Sequence record: SRR20825019_114
Length of the DNA: 64,000 bases
Direction: 5' to 3' (one strand)
Shown here: positions 1 to 9,883 of the stretch, piece after piece
Numbering within the stretch: position 1 is the first letter of the stretch
Layout of the letters: the number at the start of each line of letters is the position of its first letter
The notes under the pieces: model-generated
What the model was told of the DNA's origin: nothing
Database searches by the model: none
Seen by the model: only the letters and a program-made list of their open reading frames with translations
Made by a program: the position numbers and the translations under genes

Positions 1-571
1 CATAATCCATGATGTGCAGCATCCAGAAGAAATCATAGAAGCGCCAAACATCATTCCTTCGTGCCACCACGCGCCCGCTTGAGGGGGACACATAGATAAG
101 CGTGCCCTCTTCGTCATGCATATCTACCTGCCACACGGGTGTTTTGCCACGGTAGTCATAAGGGGCAATGTCCAGCAGTGTCGCTGTCGGAACACCAGCT
201 TGGCCCGTAAAATCAGCTTCGGCAACCGCAAGCGCATATGCCTCATCAAGCGGTGTGAGCTTCTCACCACCCTCAGCTGTATAGGCCGCCGAACTCCCGT
301 CCGCGAAGGTCAGTTCTATCGCCTGTTTGCCCGCGATGGTCCGTGCCTGCGCTGAAATAATGTCAGGATTACCAAGCGATGTGAGCAGGTTGCCAAGCTC
401 ATCGGCTGACAACGGCGTAGGATTTTGCACTGAAAGGTTGTGCTCCCCGCGCACCTGCTGGATCGGTATCCAGGTCATTACAACACCGCCAAGCGTCCAG
501 CACAAAAACTGGAGGCCAACGATTAAGCCGACCCATTTGTGAATTTTACTGACAATTTTATGCGCCCGCAC
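1..571 (-). CDS. PepSY-associated TM helix domain protein (3' end outside window)
   Basis: Not in the ORF track. Manual translation from GTG 571 gives MRAHKIVSKIHKWVGLIVGLQFLCWTLGG, in frame with WRFYDFFWMLHIMDY at the window edge; both are typical PepSY-TM motifs. Confidence 0.85.
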   Translation of the reverse strand, partial: MRAHKIVSKIHKWVGLIVGLQFLCWTLGGVVMTWIPIQQVRGEHNLSVQNPTPLSADELGNLLTSLGNPDIISAQARTIAGKQAIELTFADGSSAAYTAEGGEKLTPLDEAYALAVAEADFTGQAGVPTATLLDIAPYDYRGKTPVWQVDMHDEEGTLIYVSPSSGRVVARRNDVWRFYDFFWMLHIMDY

Positions 572-728
572 CGACTTAGCCCCCCGCTGCTCAAAACTTC
601 TCTATTTCTTGGCTAGCACAGCAGGCCGAAAAGGCAAGCTTTTGGCGGCTTTCTGCCAGTTATCTACTGGCTTCAAACTGTGATAATGCCAGCCGGGAAA
701 TTTCATCGATCGTTTAAATATCGAATAA

Positions 729-798
729 TATCTTATACTTAAGATAGAATACTGCGACATTATAGTCACAGTATGGACCGATTGTTACATTTGTTACA
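729..798. promoter_or_regulatory. Cluster of candidate operator sites between the divergent PepSY and receptor genes
   Basis: TATCTTA-N4-TAAGATA (729-746); ATACTGCGAC-N6-GTCACAGTAT (749-774, 1 mismatch); direct repeat TTGTTACA (782-789, 791-798). Confidence 0.5.
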
Positions 799-953
799 AA
801 AGAGCCAGTGCTGAACACTCCCATTATGGTTAACCCGCCCGTCTCGGTGTTGGAGCCCTTGCGTATTTTTAGTGCTCCGGGGAGGGAGGACGCTTTTCGG
901 TTACCTGAAAAACATCGTCCCGCATGTGAAAAACCAACAGGGAGAATAAGGCA

Positions 954-3836
954 ATGAAACCCAATTTCAGCCGAACAAAGAAAGTGCAATTGCTCGCAAG
1001 CTGTGCAGCAGTAGCCTTTGCATATACAACCCCTACTTTAGCGCAAGACGCTGCTGTGGAGGAATTTGAGGAAGTGGTGGTCACGGGGTCCCGTATCCGC
1101 CAAAACCCGCTTGAAGCGCAAAACCCGGTGCAGATCCTTTCTGCTGCCGATATTGACCAGTCTGGTCAGGTGTCGATTGCAGATTTCCTGCAACGCCTGC
1201 CAATCGCTGGCTCAGCCATCAACCGCACCAACAACTCATCTGGTAACCTTGGCTTCCCGCCTGACGGCTCCGGCATTGGTGCTGGCGCAAGCCAGATCGA
1301 CCTTCGTTACCTGACTGCCAAGCGTGTGCTTGTGCTGGTGGACGGTAAGCGCTGGGTTCGCGGCTCAAGTGCATCTGGCGTTTCAGGTGCTGTTGACCTC
1401 AATACCATCCCGACCGGCATCATCAAATCGATCGAGGTATTGCAAGACGGCGCGTCCACCATTTATGGGTCTGACGCTATCGCAGGCGTGGTTAACATTA
1501 AAACCCGTGACGACTATGAAGGCTTCAGCGCAAGCGCTTATTATGGCATGTTTGATGAAGGCGACGGCAAAACGCAGGAATATGATGTTTCATGGGGTGC
1601 ATCGGGCGACCGCACACGCATCCTTGTTGACCTGAGCTATACCAAACAGGGCGCCGTGGAAGCCGCAGACCGTGAGCTGACAGCTTATGCTATCCCGTTT
1701 GAAAACCTTGGTGCTTCATCCGGTACACCGCAGGGTCGCTTTGTGTTCAATAACGACTTTGGCTCCATCACGCCAAACGACGGCGCAGGTGCGGTGCCAA
1801 ACTTTGACCCCGCCGACCCGACCGGGCCAAACTCAGACTATCACGCGTTCACGCTGGCTGACCGGTTCAACTACTCACCCTACAACAAAGTGATGACGCC
1901 AAGTGAGCGCATCAACATTTTTGCCAAGGCTGAGTATGACATCACAGACGCCATCAAAATGACGACCACAGCGGCATACAACAATCGCCGCTCTGTAAGC
2001 CAGGCAGCGCCTGAGCCGCTCTTCTTCGGCACCGACGCTGGCGCGGGTTTCTGGATGGACAATATCGTTGTGCCGGAAGACCACCCGTTCAACCCGTTTG
2101 GCATTGAACTAAACCCGACAACCTTCGCTTTCGGCGGTCGTCGTCCGATCGAGGCCGGGCCTCGTGTCTTCACCCAAAATGTTGATACATGGTATGTGTC
2201 CAACACCATTGAGGGTGAGGTCGAGTTCGCGGGCCGCAATTGGTATTGGGATGTGAACGGTACGTATTCACAGAGCCAGGCCAATCAGGTGAAAGAAGGC
2301 GCGTTTAATGCCCGCAAGATTAGCGAAGCGCTTGGTGACCCGGCAGTTTGCGCGGCCAACCCAAGCTGTGTACCGCTTAATATCTTTGGTGGCCAAGGTC
2401 CAGACGGCAACGGCACCATCACCCAGGCCATGCTCGACTACATCACCTTCACGCAGAAAGACGAAAGCCGTCAGAAACTGGCCGATTTCTCTGCGAACGT
2501 GGCAGGCGAGTTGTTCGACATGCCAGCGGGCCCACTTGGTATTGCCCTTGGCTGGGAATACCGCGAAGAAGAAGGCCGCTTTATCCCTGATAACGTGGTG
2601 TCATCCGGTGAAACTGCTGGTGTGCCGGCAAGCCCAACCTCGGGCCATATCCATGTGAAAGAGTTCTACGGTGAGATCAACGCACCGCTCCTCAGTGATA
2701 TGTCCTTCGCAAAATATGTTAACCTGAGCGCCGCGTTCCGCACGTCAGACTATAATACCTCTGGCAGCAATACGGTTTATAAGGTTGGCATGGCATGGCA
2801 GGTGAACGACGACCTTACCTTCCGTGGCAACTGGTCTGAAGGCTTCCGTGCACCCAACATCGGGGAACTTTACAACACGGGGTCGCGCTTCGACAGCACG
2901 ATCAGCGATCCCTGTAACTCCGGTGGTGGCAACACACCGCACGCAAACTGTGCGGCGCTTGGCGTGCCGGCTGATCTCGTGCAGATCAACCCGCAGATCA
3001 GCGTCACCACAGGTGGTAACGCGAGCCTGACACCTGAGACCGCAGAAACATGGACCGCAGGCATGACCTTCAGCCCAACCGGCATGGCCGATGCCATGGG
3101 CGTGCAGGGCATCACGTTTGAGGCAAACTACTATAACATCGCCATGGAAAACGTGATCCAGGCACCAAATGCCTCGGAAGTTCTGTCTGGTTGTGTGGAA
3201 ACGCTGTCTGATGTCTTCTGCAACGCAGTAACCCGCACGGCAAACGGCCAGGTAACCCGCATTGACGGCATCCTGACCAACATCGCAGCCATCGACACAC
3301 AGGGTATGGACTGGTCGATCTCCCTCGAGACAATGCCGGCCGATTGGGGTCAGCTTCGTTTCAAGTGGGTAAACAGTCACCTCTTCAAGTTTGAAGAGTC
3401 TGTACCAAACGCAACGGGCGGCATCGATGTGGTTGACCGTGCTGGTACTGAGCTTGGCTCACCAGAGCGTGCCTATGTGAAATACAAGTCCTCACTCTTC
3501 ATCGACTGGACACGTGAAGAATGGACAGTGGGTGCCACGTTCCGTTACCTCGGCAGTGTTGACGAGGGCTGCGGCGGCGTGATCGGCGACTTTGGCTTCA
3601 CCCAGTACTGCACGAACGGTGCTGACGGCAATACGCTCGGTGACACATTCTACACGGACATGCAGTTCACCTATCGTCCGGAAGCGTGGGAAGGTTTCGC
3701 CTTCACGCTTGGTGTGCAGAACTTGCTGGATCAGGATCCACCACTATGCACGACCTGTGACCTCAACAACTTTGACGGCACAATCCACGCAACACCGGGC
3801 CGCTTCTTCTATGGCCAGGTACAGTTCAAGATGTAA
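954..3836 (+). CDS. TonB-dependent receptor
   Basis: Signal peptide, TonB box EEVVVTGSR, plug motifs LVLVDGKR and [23 protein letters not shown]-terminal [20 protein letters not shown]. Confidence 0.95.
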   Translation: MKPNFSRTKKVQLLASCAAVAFAYTTPTLAQDAAVEEFEEVVVTGSRIRQNPLEAQNPVQILSAADIDQSGQVSIADFLQRLPIAGSAINRTNNSSGNLGFPPDGSGIGAGASQIDLRYLTAKRVLVLVDGKRWVRGSSASGVSGAVDLNTIPTGIIKSIEVLQDGASTIYGSDAIAGVVNIKTRDDYEGFSASAYYGMFDEGDGKTQEYDVSWGASGDRTRILVDLSYTKQGAVEAADRELTAYAIPFENLGASSGTPQGRFVFNNDFGSITPNDGAGAVPNFDPADPTGPNSDYHAFTLADRFNYSPYNKVMTPSERINIFAKAEYDITDAIKMTTTAAYNNRRSVSQAAPEPLFFGTDAGAGFWMDNIVVPEDHPFNPFGIELNPTTFAFGGRRPIEAGPRVFTQNVDTWYVSNTIEGEVEFAGRNWYWDVNGTYSQSQANQVKEGAFNARKISEALGDPAVCAANPSCVPLNIFGGQGPDGNGTITQAMLDYITFTQKDESRQKLADFSANVAGELFDMPAGPLGIALGWEYREEEGRFIPDNVVSSGETAGVPASPTSGHIHVKEFYGEINAPLLSDMSFAKYVNLSAAFRTSDYNTSGSNTVYKVGMAWQVNDDLTFRGNWSEGFRAPNIGELYNTGSRFDSTISDPCNSGGGNTPHANCAALGVPADLVQINPQISVTTGGNASLTPETAETWTAGMTFSPTGMADAMGVQGITFEANYYNIAMENVIQAPNASEVLSGCVETLSDVFCNAVTRTANGQVTRIDGILTNIAAIDTQGMDWSISLETMPADWGQLRFKWVNSHLFKFEESVPNATGGIDVVDRAGTELGSPERAYVKYKSSLFIDWTREEWTVGATFRYLGSVDEGCGGVIGDFGFTQYCTNGADGNTLGDTFYTDMQFTYRPEAWEGFAFTLGVQNLLDQDPPLCTTCDLNNFDGTIHATPGRFFYGQVQFKM

Positions 3837-3861
3837 TCTTGGGCTTAAGCCTTTAAACAGG

Positions 3862-3888
3862 AAAGGCGCCTCGCGGGGCGCCTTTTTC
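3862..3888. terminator. Rho-independent terminator, probably bidirectional
   Basis: AAAGGCGCC-tcgcgg-GGCGCCTTTTT between convergent genes. Confidence 0.85.
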
Positions 3889-3906
3889 ATTGGGTGGAGC
3901 TCAGTT

Positions 3907-5337
3907 TTAGCTGGCGTTGTGGCCAAGGATCGACTTGACCTCAAGGAAATCCGCGAACGCATGGTCGCCCCATTCCCGCCCGTTGCCTGACTGCTTGTAA
4001 CCGCCAAACGGTGCTGAAAGGTCACCTGCGGCGCCATTGATATATACCATGCCGGTACGCATACGGGATGCTACACGCTGTGCCCGTGCGTGATCCTTCG
4101 ACTGTACGGCACCGGACAGCCCGTAAAGGCTATCGTTTGCAATGCGCACAGCCTCGTCCTCATCTTCATAGCCAATGATCGAGAGCACAGGACCAAACAC
4201 CTCTTCCCGTGCGATGGTCATCTCGGGCTTCACGTCCGCGAACACAGTTGGTTTCACGAAAAAACCTTCCGGGCAGCCGTCCGGCCTGCCGGTCCCGCCT
4301 GCTACAAGCCGCGCACCTTCATCAATCCCGATCTGGATCATCTCACCCACTTTATGGAACTGCGCCTCATGCGCGATAGGCCCCATGGTGGTCTCGTCCT
4401 TGTTCGGGTCACCGGTTACAACGGTGGAAACCGCTTGCGCCGCAATTGCCGCCGCTTCGTCCATGCGGCTATGGGGCACCAGCATGCGGGTAAGTGCGGT
4501 ACAGGTCTGGCCAGTGTTACGCATTACGCTCGCTGCCTCACGCGCTACAACGGCTTCAAGGTCTGCGTCATCGAGCACAATATTGGCTGACTTGCCGCCA
4601 AGTTCCTGCGCCACACGTTTGATGGTCTTGGCCGCATTGGCCTGCACAGCCGCCCCCATACGGGTTGAGCCGGTGACCGACATCATATCAACGCCTGGGT
4701 GGCCGGAAAGTGCTTCACCCACCGATTGGCCTTCACCGTATACGAGGTTATAAACACCCTTCGGCACACCAGCCGCGTGCACCATCTCGGTGAAAAGCTG
4801 CGCGCTATAAGGCGCCACTTCGCTTGGCTTCAGCACCATGGCGCAGCCGGTTGCAATCGCGGGCGCAACCTTGCAGGCGATCTGGTTGATCGGCCAGTTC
4901 CAAGGTGTGATCATGCCCACCACACCAATCGGCTCCTTGGCAATGCGGGTGGGACCACGGTCTTCAAAAAAGCTGTAGTTCTTGAGCGCTTCGATCGCGG
5001 CCATCAGGTGCCCAATGCCAGCTGGTGCATGCGCACGATTGGCAAGAAACTTGGGCGCACCCATCTCAAGCGTGATCACCTCGGCCATCTCAGCAATGCG
5101 CTTCTGATATTCGGCCGCCAGGTTTTGGAGAATTTCCAAGCGGTCTTCGCGGGAAGTGAACTGGAACGTCTCAAACGCTTTCCGCGCGGCGGCAACAGCC
5201 CGATCAACATCGGCTGCGTTGCCCAGCACCATCTCACCCGACTTTCGCGCCGTGGCCGGGTTAGTGATGTCGCGTACGCTGAAGCTATCCGCATCCACCC
5301 ATTCGCCGCCGATATAATGTTTGTGAAGTGTGCGCAT
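3907..5337 (-). CDS. NAD(P)-dependent aldehyde dehydrogenase
   Basis: ITPWNWP, LKPSE, TGST, ELGGKS, GQTC, EEVFGP and PFGGYKQSG motifs; start moved to ATG 5337 behind GGAG. Confidence 0.95.
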   Translation of the reverse strand: MRTLHKHYIGGEWVDADSFSVRDITNPATARKSGEMVLGNAADVDRAVAAARKAFETFQFTSREDRLEILQNLAAEYQKRIAEMAEVITLEMGAPKFLANRAHAPAGIGHLMAAIEALKNYSFFEDRGPTRIAKEPIGVVGMITPWNWPINQIACKVAPAIATGCAMVLKPSEVAPYSAQLFTEMVHAAGVPKGVYNLVYGEGQSVGEALSGHPGVDMMSVTGSTRMGAAVQANAAKTIKRVAQELGGKSANIVLDDADLEAVVAREAASVMRNTGQTCTALTRMLVPHSRMDEAAAIAAQAVSTVVTGDPNKDETTMGPIAHEAQFHKVGEMIQIGIDEGARLVAGGTGRPDGCPEGFFVKPTVFADVKPEMTIAREEVFGPVLSIIGYEDEDEAVRIANDSLYGLSGAVQSKDHARAQRVASRMRTGMVYINGAAGDLSAPFGGYKQSGNGREWGDHAFADFLEVKSILGHNAS

Positions 5338-5410
5338 CGTTTCCTCCGTACGTGATAAGAACTTACCCGCTAGATAGGGCCTTCCGCATGGCAAAACAAG
5401 GTGGCCATGC

Positions 5411-6241
5411 TTAGAACGGGGTTTTGCCTCGGCGTTTTTTCATCGCTTTAGAAAACATCGTGCGCCAGCGGTTAGGCATCCAGCGCTGTAGCCGGTCAAC
5501 CCGCTTGGCGTCAGCGCCCACAAGGATGCGGTATTGCCCGCGCGCCACACCATCAAGAATGATTTTCGCGGCACCTTCGGCTGTGGTCTCTACCATATCG
5601 TTGAAGCCTTCTTGCGCACGCTCCGCGCTCGTGTCGCCATCCACGTTATGGATATGTTTGCCGTTCCGCACGATGTTGGTATCCACACCGCCCGGATGCA
5701 CGCTGTGCACCTGCACACCAGTGTCTTCAAGCTCGTAATAGAGCGACTCGTTGAAGCCTTTCAGCGCGTGTTTTGCGGCACAATAGGCGGATTGGCTGCT
5801 AACACCGATAAGCCCAAAAAGGCTGGAAATATTGATGATGTGGCCATGCCCACGCGCCAGCATATCTGGCAGAAAAGCCTTGGTGCCGTACACAGGACCG
5901 TAAAAATCCACATTCATCACCCACTCAAGATCCGCATAGCTCATTTTATCAACCGTATCGGACAGTGAGACACCCGCATTGTTGAACACAGCGTCGATAG
6001 GCCCAAGTATTGAGGCCGCGTCTTTCGCTGCAGCCTCAACAGCAACGCTGTCAGACACATCAAGGTTGCGCGTATGCACGTTCATCTGATGCGCTTTCGC
6101 AAGCTTCTTGCTTTCCGCAAGGCCGGTCTCGTCCACGTCTGTCAGGTAAAGCGCCACACCGTTCCGCGCAAGCGCGAGCGCGAGCGCGCGACCAATGCCC
6201 GACGCCGCACCTGTGATGAATGCGGTTCTAATTTCAGCCAT
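5411..6241 (-). CDS. Short-chain dehydrogenase/reductase (SDR)
   Basis: TGAASGIG, NNAG and YCAAK motifs. Confidence 0.93.
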   Translation of the reverse strand: MAEIRTAFITGAASGIGRALALALARNGVALYLTDVDETGLAESKKLAKAHQMNVHTRNLDVSDSVAVEAAAKDAASILGPIDAVFNNAGVSLSDTVDKMSYADLEWVMNVDFYGPVYGTKAFLPDMLARGHGHIINISSLFGLIGVSSQSAYCAAKHALKGFNESLYYELEDTGVQVHSVHPGGVDTNIVRNGKHIHNVDGDTSAERAQEGFNDMVETTAEGAAKIILDGVARGQYRILVGADAKRVDRLQRWMPNRWRTMFSKAMKKRRGKTPF

Positions 6242-6252
6242 CCTTGCCCCTA

Positions 6253-7170
6253 TCAATTACCAAAGTGCTGATTTAAAAATGCGCCTATACCCGCAATCGC
6301 CTTGCGGCCTTCAGGGATAATGATGGCGGAGAAATGCCACACATGATGCATTTTTCGCCACACATCCAACGTAACTGCCACACCCTCTTCCCGCGCGCTC
6401 GTTTCAAAGCGGATGCTGTCATCAAGGAGGATTTCGTCCGATCCCACATGCACCAGCACGGGCGGCAAACCAGCCTGTACGCCAAAAAGCGGGGAACACC
6501 GCGGGTCATCCGCCGGAATATCCCCACGGTATGCATCGGCGGCATAATGAATGCCGTCAGGGTCCAGCATGACGTCTTTGTCTGCGTTTGTGCGAATGCT
6601 GCCGCCCGCACCAGTGAGGTCAAGCCATGGTGATATCAGCGCCAGTGCTTTGGGCCGCACCCGACCACTGTCACGGATCGCATGCGCCACAGCAAGAGTC
6701 AGCCCGCCCCCTGCGCTGTCGCCGGACATCACAATCGGCATGCCCGGATGGTTCTCGGTAATCCAGTCATACGCCCTGAGCGCATCTTCGATGGGGACCG
6801 GGCATTTGTGTTTTGGTGCCAAGCGGTAATCCAGCAGAAAAACGCGGGCGTTCAAAGCTTTTGAGAGGCGCCAGCCAAATTCCCGGTACGGCTTTGGACC
6901 ACCCCAAACATAACCACCACCGTGTGAATAAAATAGAATGCGGTCTTCACGCGCGCCTTTGGCCGTAATCCACTCGCCTTTCACACCATCGGCCGTGCTA
7001 ACCTTTTCAATCTTGCATTTGCCTTTTGGTGGGCCCGGTAATCGGGCCTCCATCACCTTGAGTGACTTATCGAAATTCTCAAGCCGCACGGCATCTGGCG
7101 TGCCCGCCGGCATATTTGGCCGAAAAGCCGCCTTGATCTTGCGGCGTACAAGCCACGCTTGAATTGACAT
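6253..7170 (-). CDS. Alpha/beta hydrolase, HSL-family esterase
   Basis: HGGG oxyanion loop, GDSAGG nucleophile, HVWH; start moved to ATG 7170. Confidence 0.92.
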   Translation of the reverse strand: MSIQAWLVRRKIKAAFRPNMPAGTPDAVRLENFDKSLKVMEARLPGPPKGKCKIEKVSTADGVKGEWITAKGAREDRILFYSHGGGYVWGGPKPYREFGWRLSKALNARVFLLDYRLAPKHKCPVPIEDALRAYDWITENHPGMPIVMSGDSAGGGLTLAVAHAIRDSGRVRPKALALISPWLDLTGAGGSIRTNADKDVMLDPDGIHYAADAYRGDIPADDPRCSPLFGVQAGLPPVLVHVGSDEILLDDSIRFETSAREEGVAVTLDVWRKMHHVWHFSAIIIPEGRKAIAGIGAFLNQHFGN

Positions 7171-7208
7171 TACCTTCCCCCTTTTAAGCTTTGTCAAACC
7201 AGCTCCGC

Positions 7209-7257
7209 TTGACAAGGCAGCGCGCCGCCATATTAATGATGTTCATTACATAGTCAA
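7209..7257. promoter_or_regulatory. Divergent promoters with palindromic operator TAATGA-N3-TCATTA
   Basis: TTGACA (7209-7214, +) and TTGACT (7252-7257, -) flank a perfect dyad at 7234-7248. Confidence 0.6.
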
Positions 7258-7309
7258 TCTCGGTCAGCAACTGCTGACTACACTATGCGCCTTGGGGAAG
7301 GATGGGGAA

Positions 7310-9088
7310 ATGAAGAAATACTTATGTGCGCTTCTGGGCGCCGGGCTCCTGCTTTCAGCATGTGATGAAAGTGCGGAGAAGAAAACATACACGGACGAGT
7401 TCAGCGCGCCGGATTACCTCATTGAGTTTGGCAAGATGTTCCAGGAAGGTGTGCAGAAGGTCTCAGACGCGCCTGTATGGCTTTATACCAACATTGGTGG
7501 CGGCATCCCCAACACGGTGGTTATTGAAGGTGATAACGGCCTTATCATTGTGGACACCACACTGAAACTGGAAGACGGCCAGAAAACCCTGGCCATGATC
7601 CGCGAGCGAACGGATAAACCGGTCAAGGCGGTTATCTATACCCACCACCACAATGACCATGTTGGTGGCGCAAGCGCCTTTGTCTCCCCCGAAGATGCCG
7701 CGGCGGGCAAAGTACCTGTCATCGCAGCAAGCAACTTTGTACGCGAGATGCAGGACGAAAACGCCGTCACCATCCAGATCATGGGCATGCGCGCCCTTTA
7801 TATGTATGGCACACTGTTGGGTGATGAAGGCGACGGCAAGGACTATCACGTTGGCCTTGGCGGGCGCATCAAACCCGGCACTATGGGCTATGTGGAACCC
7901 AATACGTTTGTCGCGGGCAAACGTGAGATGACCATAGACGGCGTGCGCATGGAACTGTTTCAAACCAGTGGTGAAGCCGCGTCTCATATTGCCGTCTACC
8001 TGCCTGATTATGACGTGATGCTCTCGGGCGATGAAATACAGGGGCCAACCTTCCCCAACCTCCACAGCCTGAGGGGCACCAAACCGCGCGATGCCAACAA
8101 ATGGATTGATGCCATTGACGCCATGCGCGCCTACTCGCCTCGCGCAATGGTGCCCAGCCATGGGCCGATAGTGGAAGGTGAAGCTGAGGTAGAGCGCATC
8201 TTCCGCATTTACCGCGATGCTATTCAGTGGACGCACGACCAGGCCGTAAGGCTGATCAACCAGGGTTACACACAGGAAGAACTGGCCGAGGCGTTGCCTG
8301 CCCTGCCGGAACACCTGACCATCACCCCCTGGACACGGGAAGTATACGGCACGGTCAAGCATAGCGTACGGAACTATTTCACCGGTTATATCAGTTGGTG
8401 GGACGGTGACCCAGCTACGCTGAACCCCACACCGCGTGTGGAGCGCGCAACACGTATGATCGCCCTGATGGGAGGACGTGGCCGCGTGTTTGCCGAGGCC
8501 GAAAAAGCCATGGCGAGCGGTGACCCACAATGGGCGTCAGAGCTTTTGACCCACTTGATCCGCGTAGACCATGATGACCAAGAGGCCAGGCGCCTTAAAG
8601 CCCACGCACTCAGGCAAATCGGCTACGGCACACTCAATACCAACTGGCGCGGCTTTTACCTCACCGGAGCAATGGAACTTGAGGGCGACGTGGATAGCGT
8701 TGCGATCCAAAACCGCCTGCGCACACGCTTTAACGCAAGTGCTATCCCGAGCAAACGGCTGTTGGAACTATTACGTTACAAACTTGTGCCAGAAGACGCT
8801 GGCGACAAGCACCTGATTGTAACCTTCACCTTCCCTGACCGGGAAGAAACTTTCTCGCTTGAGCTACGCAACCAGATTCTCGCGATACATGATGGCCCGG
8901 TTGAAGGGGCTAATGCCACGCTCACGCTTGATCGCACCACTTATGACGCCATGATCCGGGGGGAGACCAGCTTTGCCAAAGCACTGCTCGCGGGCGATGT
9001 ATCGCTTGAAGGCAGCAAGCTTGATGTGCTCAGCTTCTTTGGCTCATTTGATCTGGACACCAAAGCCATCCCGCTTGTAGTGCGCTAA
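7310..9088 (+). CDS. Alkyl/aryl sulfatase (SdsA1/BDS1-like metallo-beta-lactamase fold), predicted lipoprotein
   Basis: YTHHHNDH metal motif, FPNLHSLRGT, YGTVKHSVR, WWDGDPATL, C-terminal SCP2-like domain; LSAC lipobox. Confidence 0.9.
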   Translation: MKKYLCALLGAGLLLSACDESAEKKTYTDEFSAPDYLIEFGKMFQEGVQKVSDAPVWLYTNIGGGIPNTVVIEGDNGLIIVDTTLKLEDGQKTLAMIRERTDKPVKAVIYTHHHNDHVGGASAFVSPEDAAAGKVPVIAASNFVREMQDENAVTIQIMGMRALYMYGTLLGDEGDGKDYHVGLGGRIKPGTMGYVEPNTFVAGKREMTIDGVRMELFQTSGEAASHIAVYLPDYDVMLSGDEIQGPTFPNLHSLRGTKPRDANKWIDAIDAMRAYSPRAMVPSHGPIVEGEAEVERIFRIYRDAIQWTHDQAVRLINQGYTQEELAEALPALPEHLTITPWTREVYGTVKHSVRNYFTGYISWWDGDPATLNPTPRVERATRMIALMGGRGRVFAEAEKAMASGDPQWASELLTHLIRVDHDDQEARRLKAHALRQIGYGTLNTNWRGFYLTGAMELEGDVDSVAIQNRLRTRFNASAIPSKRLLELLRYKLVPEDAGDKHLIVTFTFPDREETFSLELRNQILAIHDGPVEGANATLTLDRTTYDAMIRGETSFAKALLAGDVSLEGSKLDVLSFFGSFDLDTKAIPLVVR

Positions 9089-9089
9089 A

Positions 9090-9157
9090 GCGTGAAACAT
9101 ACCAAAAGGCGCGTGAAACATAGAGCTTGCAATCATTAATGGAAATCATTAGTGATT
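9090..9157. promoter_or_regulatory. Direct repeat plus dyad upstream of tetR (probable autoregulatory operator)
   Basis: GCGTGAAACATA twice (9090-9101, 9111-9122); imperfect palindrome AATCATTAATGG-AAA-TCATTAGTGATT (9131-9157). Confidence 0.55.
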
Positions 9158-9202
9158 TTTGCAGGGTTGAAAAGATCTGGGACAAAAATCTAGGAGAGAC
9201 GG

Positions 9203-9868
9203 GTGGCCAAAAAAACAACCGGTGGCCCGGGCGACGGCAAAGCCAAACGGGCTGATGCCACACGTGCTGCACTTATTGATGCAGCCGAACGGCTCATTGC
9301 ACAAAAAGGCCTCGCGCATGTTTCAACGCGCGAGATACTACAAGAAGCTGGCCAGCGCAACCAATCTGCGCTGCAGTATCACTTTGGGTCTAAGGCCGGA
9401 CTTGTACGCGCCACCATCAGTGAACGCACGCACGAAATTGATGACCGCCGTCTGGAGCTCATGGACGACTGGGTGCAAGACCCCACCCTGCGTGAGGTTG
9501 TTGAAGTATTGATCCTGCCGCTTGCAGAGCGCGCGGAAACCGATGTGCGTGGCCGGAACTATCTTATCTTCCTTGGGCAGGCCATCACCCAGCCGGACTG
9601 GGACTTAAGGCGCGCCATCAAGGATTTTGAAATCATCGGACTGGAACGAGCCTACAGGCATTATGATCGCCTGATGGCCCACCTTGATGATGATGAACGC
9701 ATCATGCGGCAGGAAATTGCCTATGATGTCAGCGTGCTGACGCTCAAGCGCTGGTGCCTGCGCGATTGCCCTAAAGACGCACGCAGCGTCACGGCCATCA
9801 TCACAGACTCTGCTGTTGCCATCCTGGATGCTGAAGCTGAGTTCTGGAGCAAAGCTCGCGCTCGCTGA
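9203..9868 (+). CDS. TetR/AcrR family transcriptional regulator
   Basis: N-terminal HTH: TRAALIDAAERLIA...STREI...ALQYHFGSK. Confidence 0.92.
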   Translation: MAKKTTGGPGDGKAKRADATRAALIDAAERLIAQKGLAHVSTREILQEAGQRNQSALQYHFGSKAGLVRATISERTHEIDDRRLELMDDWVQDPTLREVVEVLILPLAERAETDVRGRNYLIFLGQAITQPDWDLRRAIKDFEIIGLERAYRHYDRLMAHLDDDERIMRQEIAYDVSVLTLKRWCLRDCPKDARSVTAIITDSAVAILDAEAEFWSKARAR

Positions 9869-9883
9869 GAAGGTACGCCACCC

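Noticed and set aside
800-953. Known riboswitch (cobalamin, TPP) upstream of the first receptor
   Set aside because: Conserved cores such as the B12 box or CTGAGA were not found; kept only as an unclassified candidate leader.
7463-8530. 355-aa minus-strand ORF, and similar long antisense ORFs at 37060-37950, 40688-41686, 42593-43600 and 47834-48661
   Set aside because: All overlap well-supported genes on the opposite strand, as expected from codon bias in GC-rich DNA.
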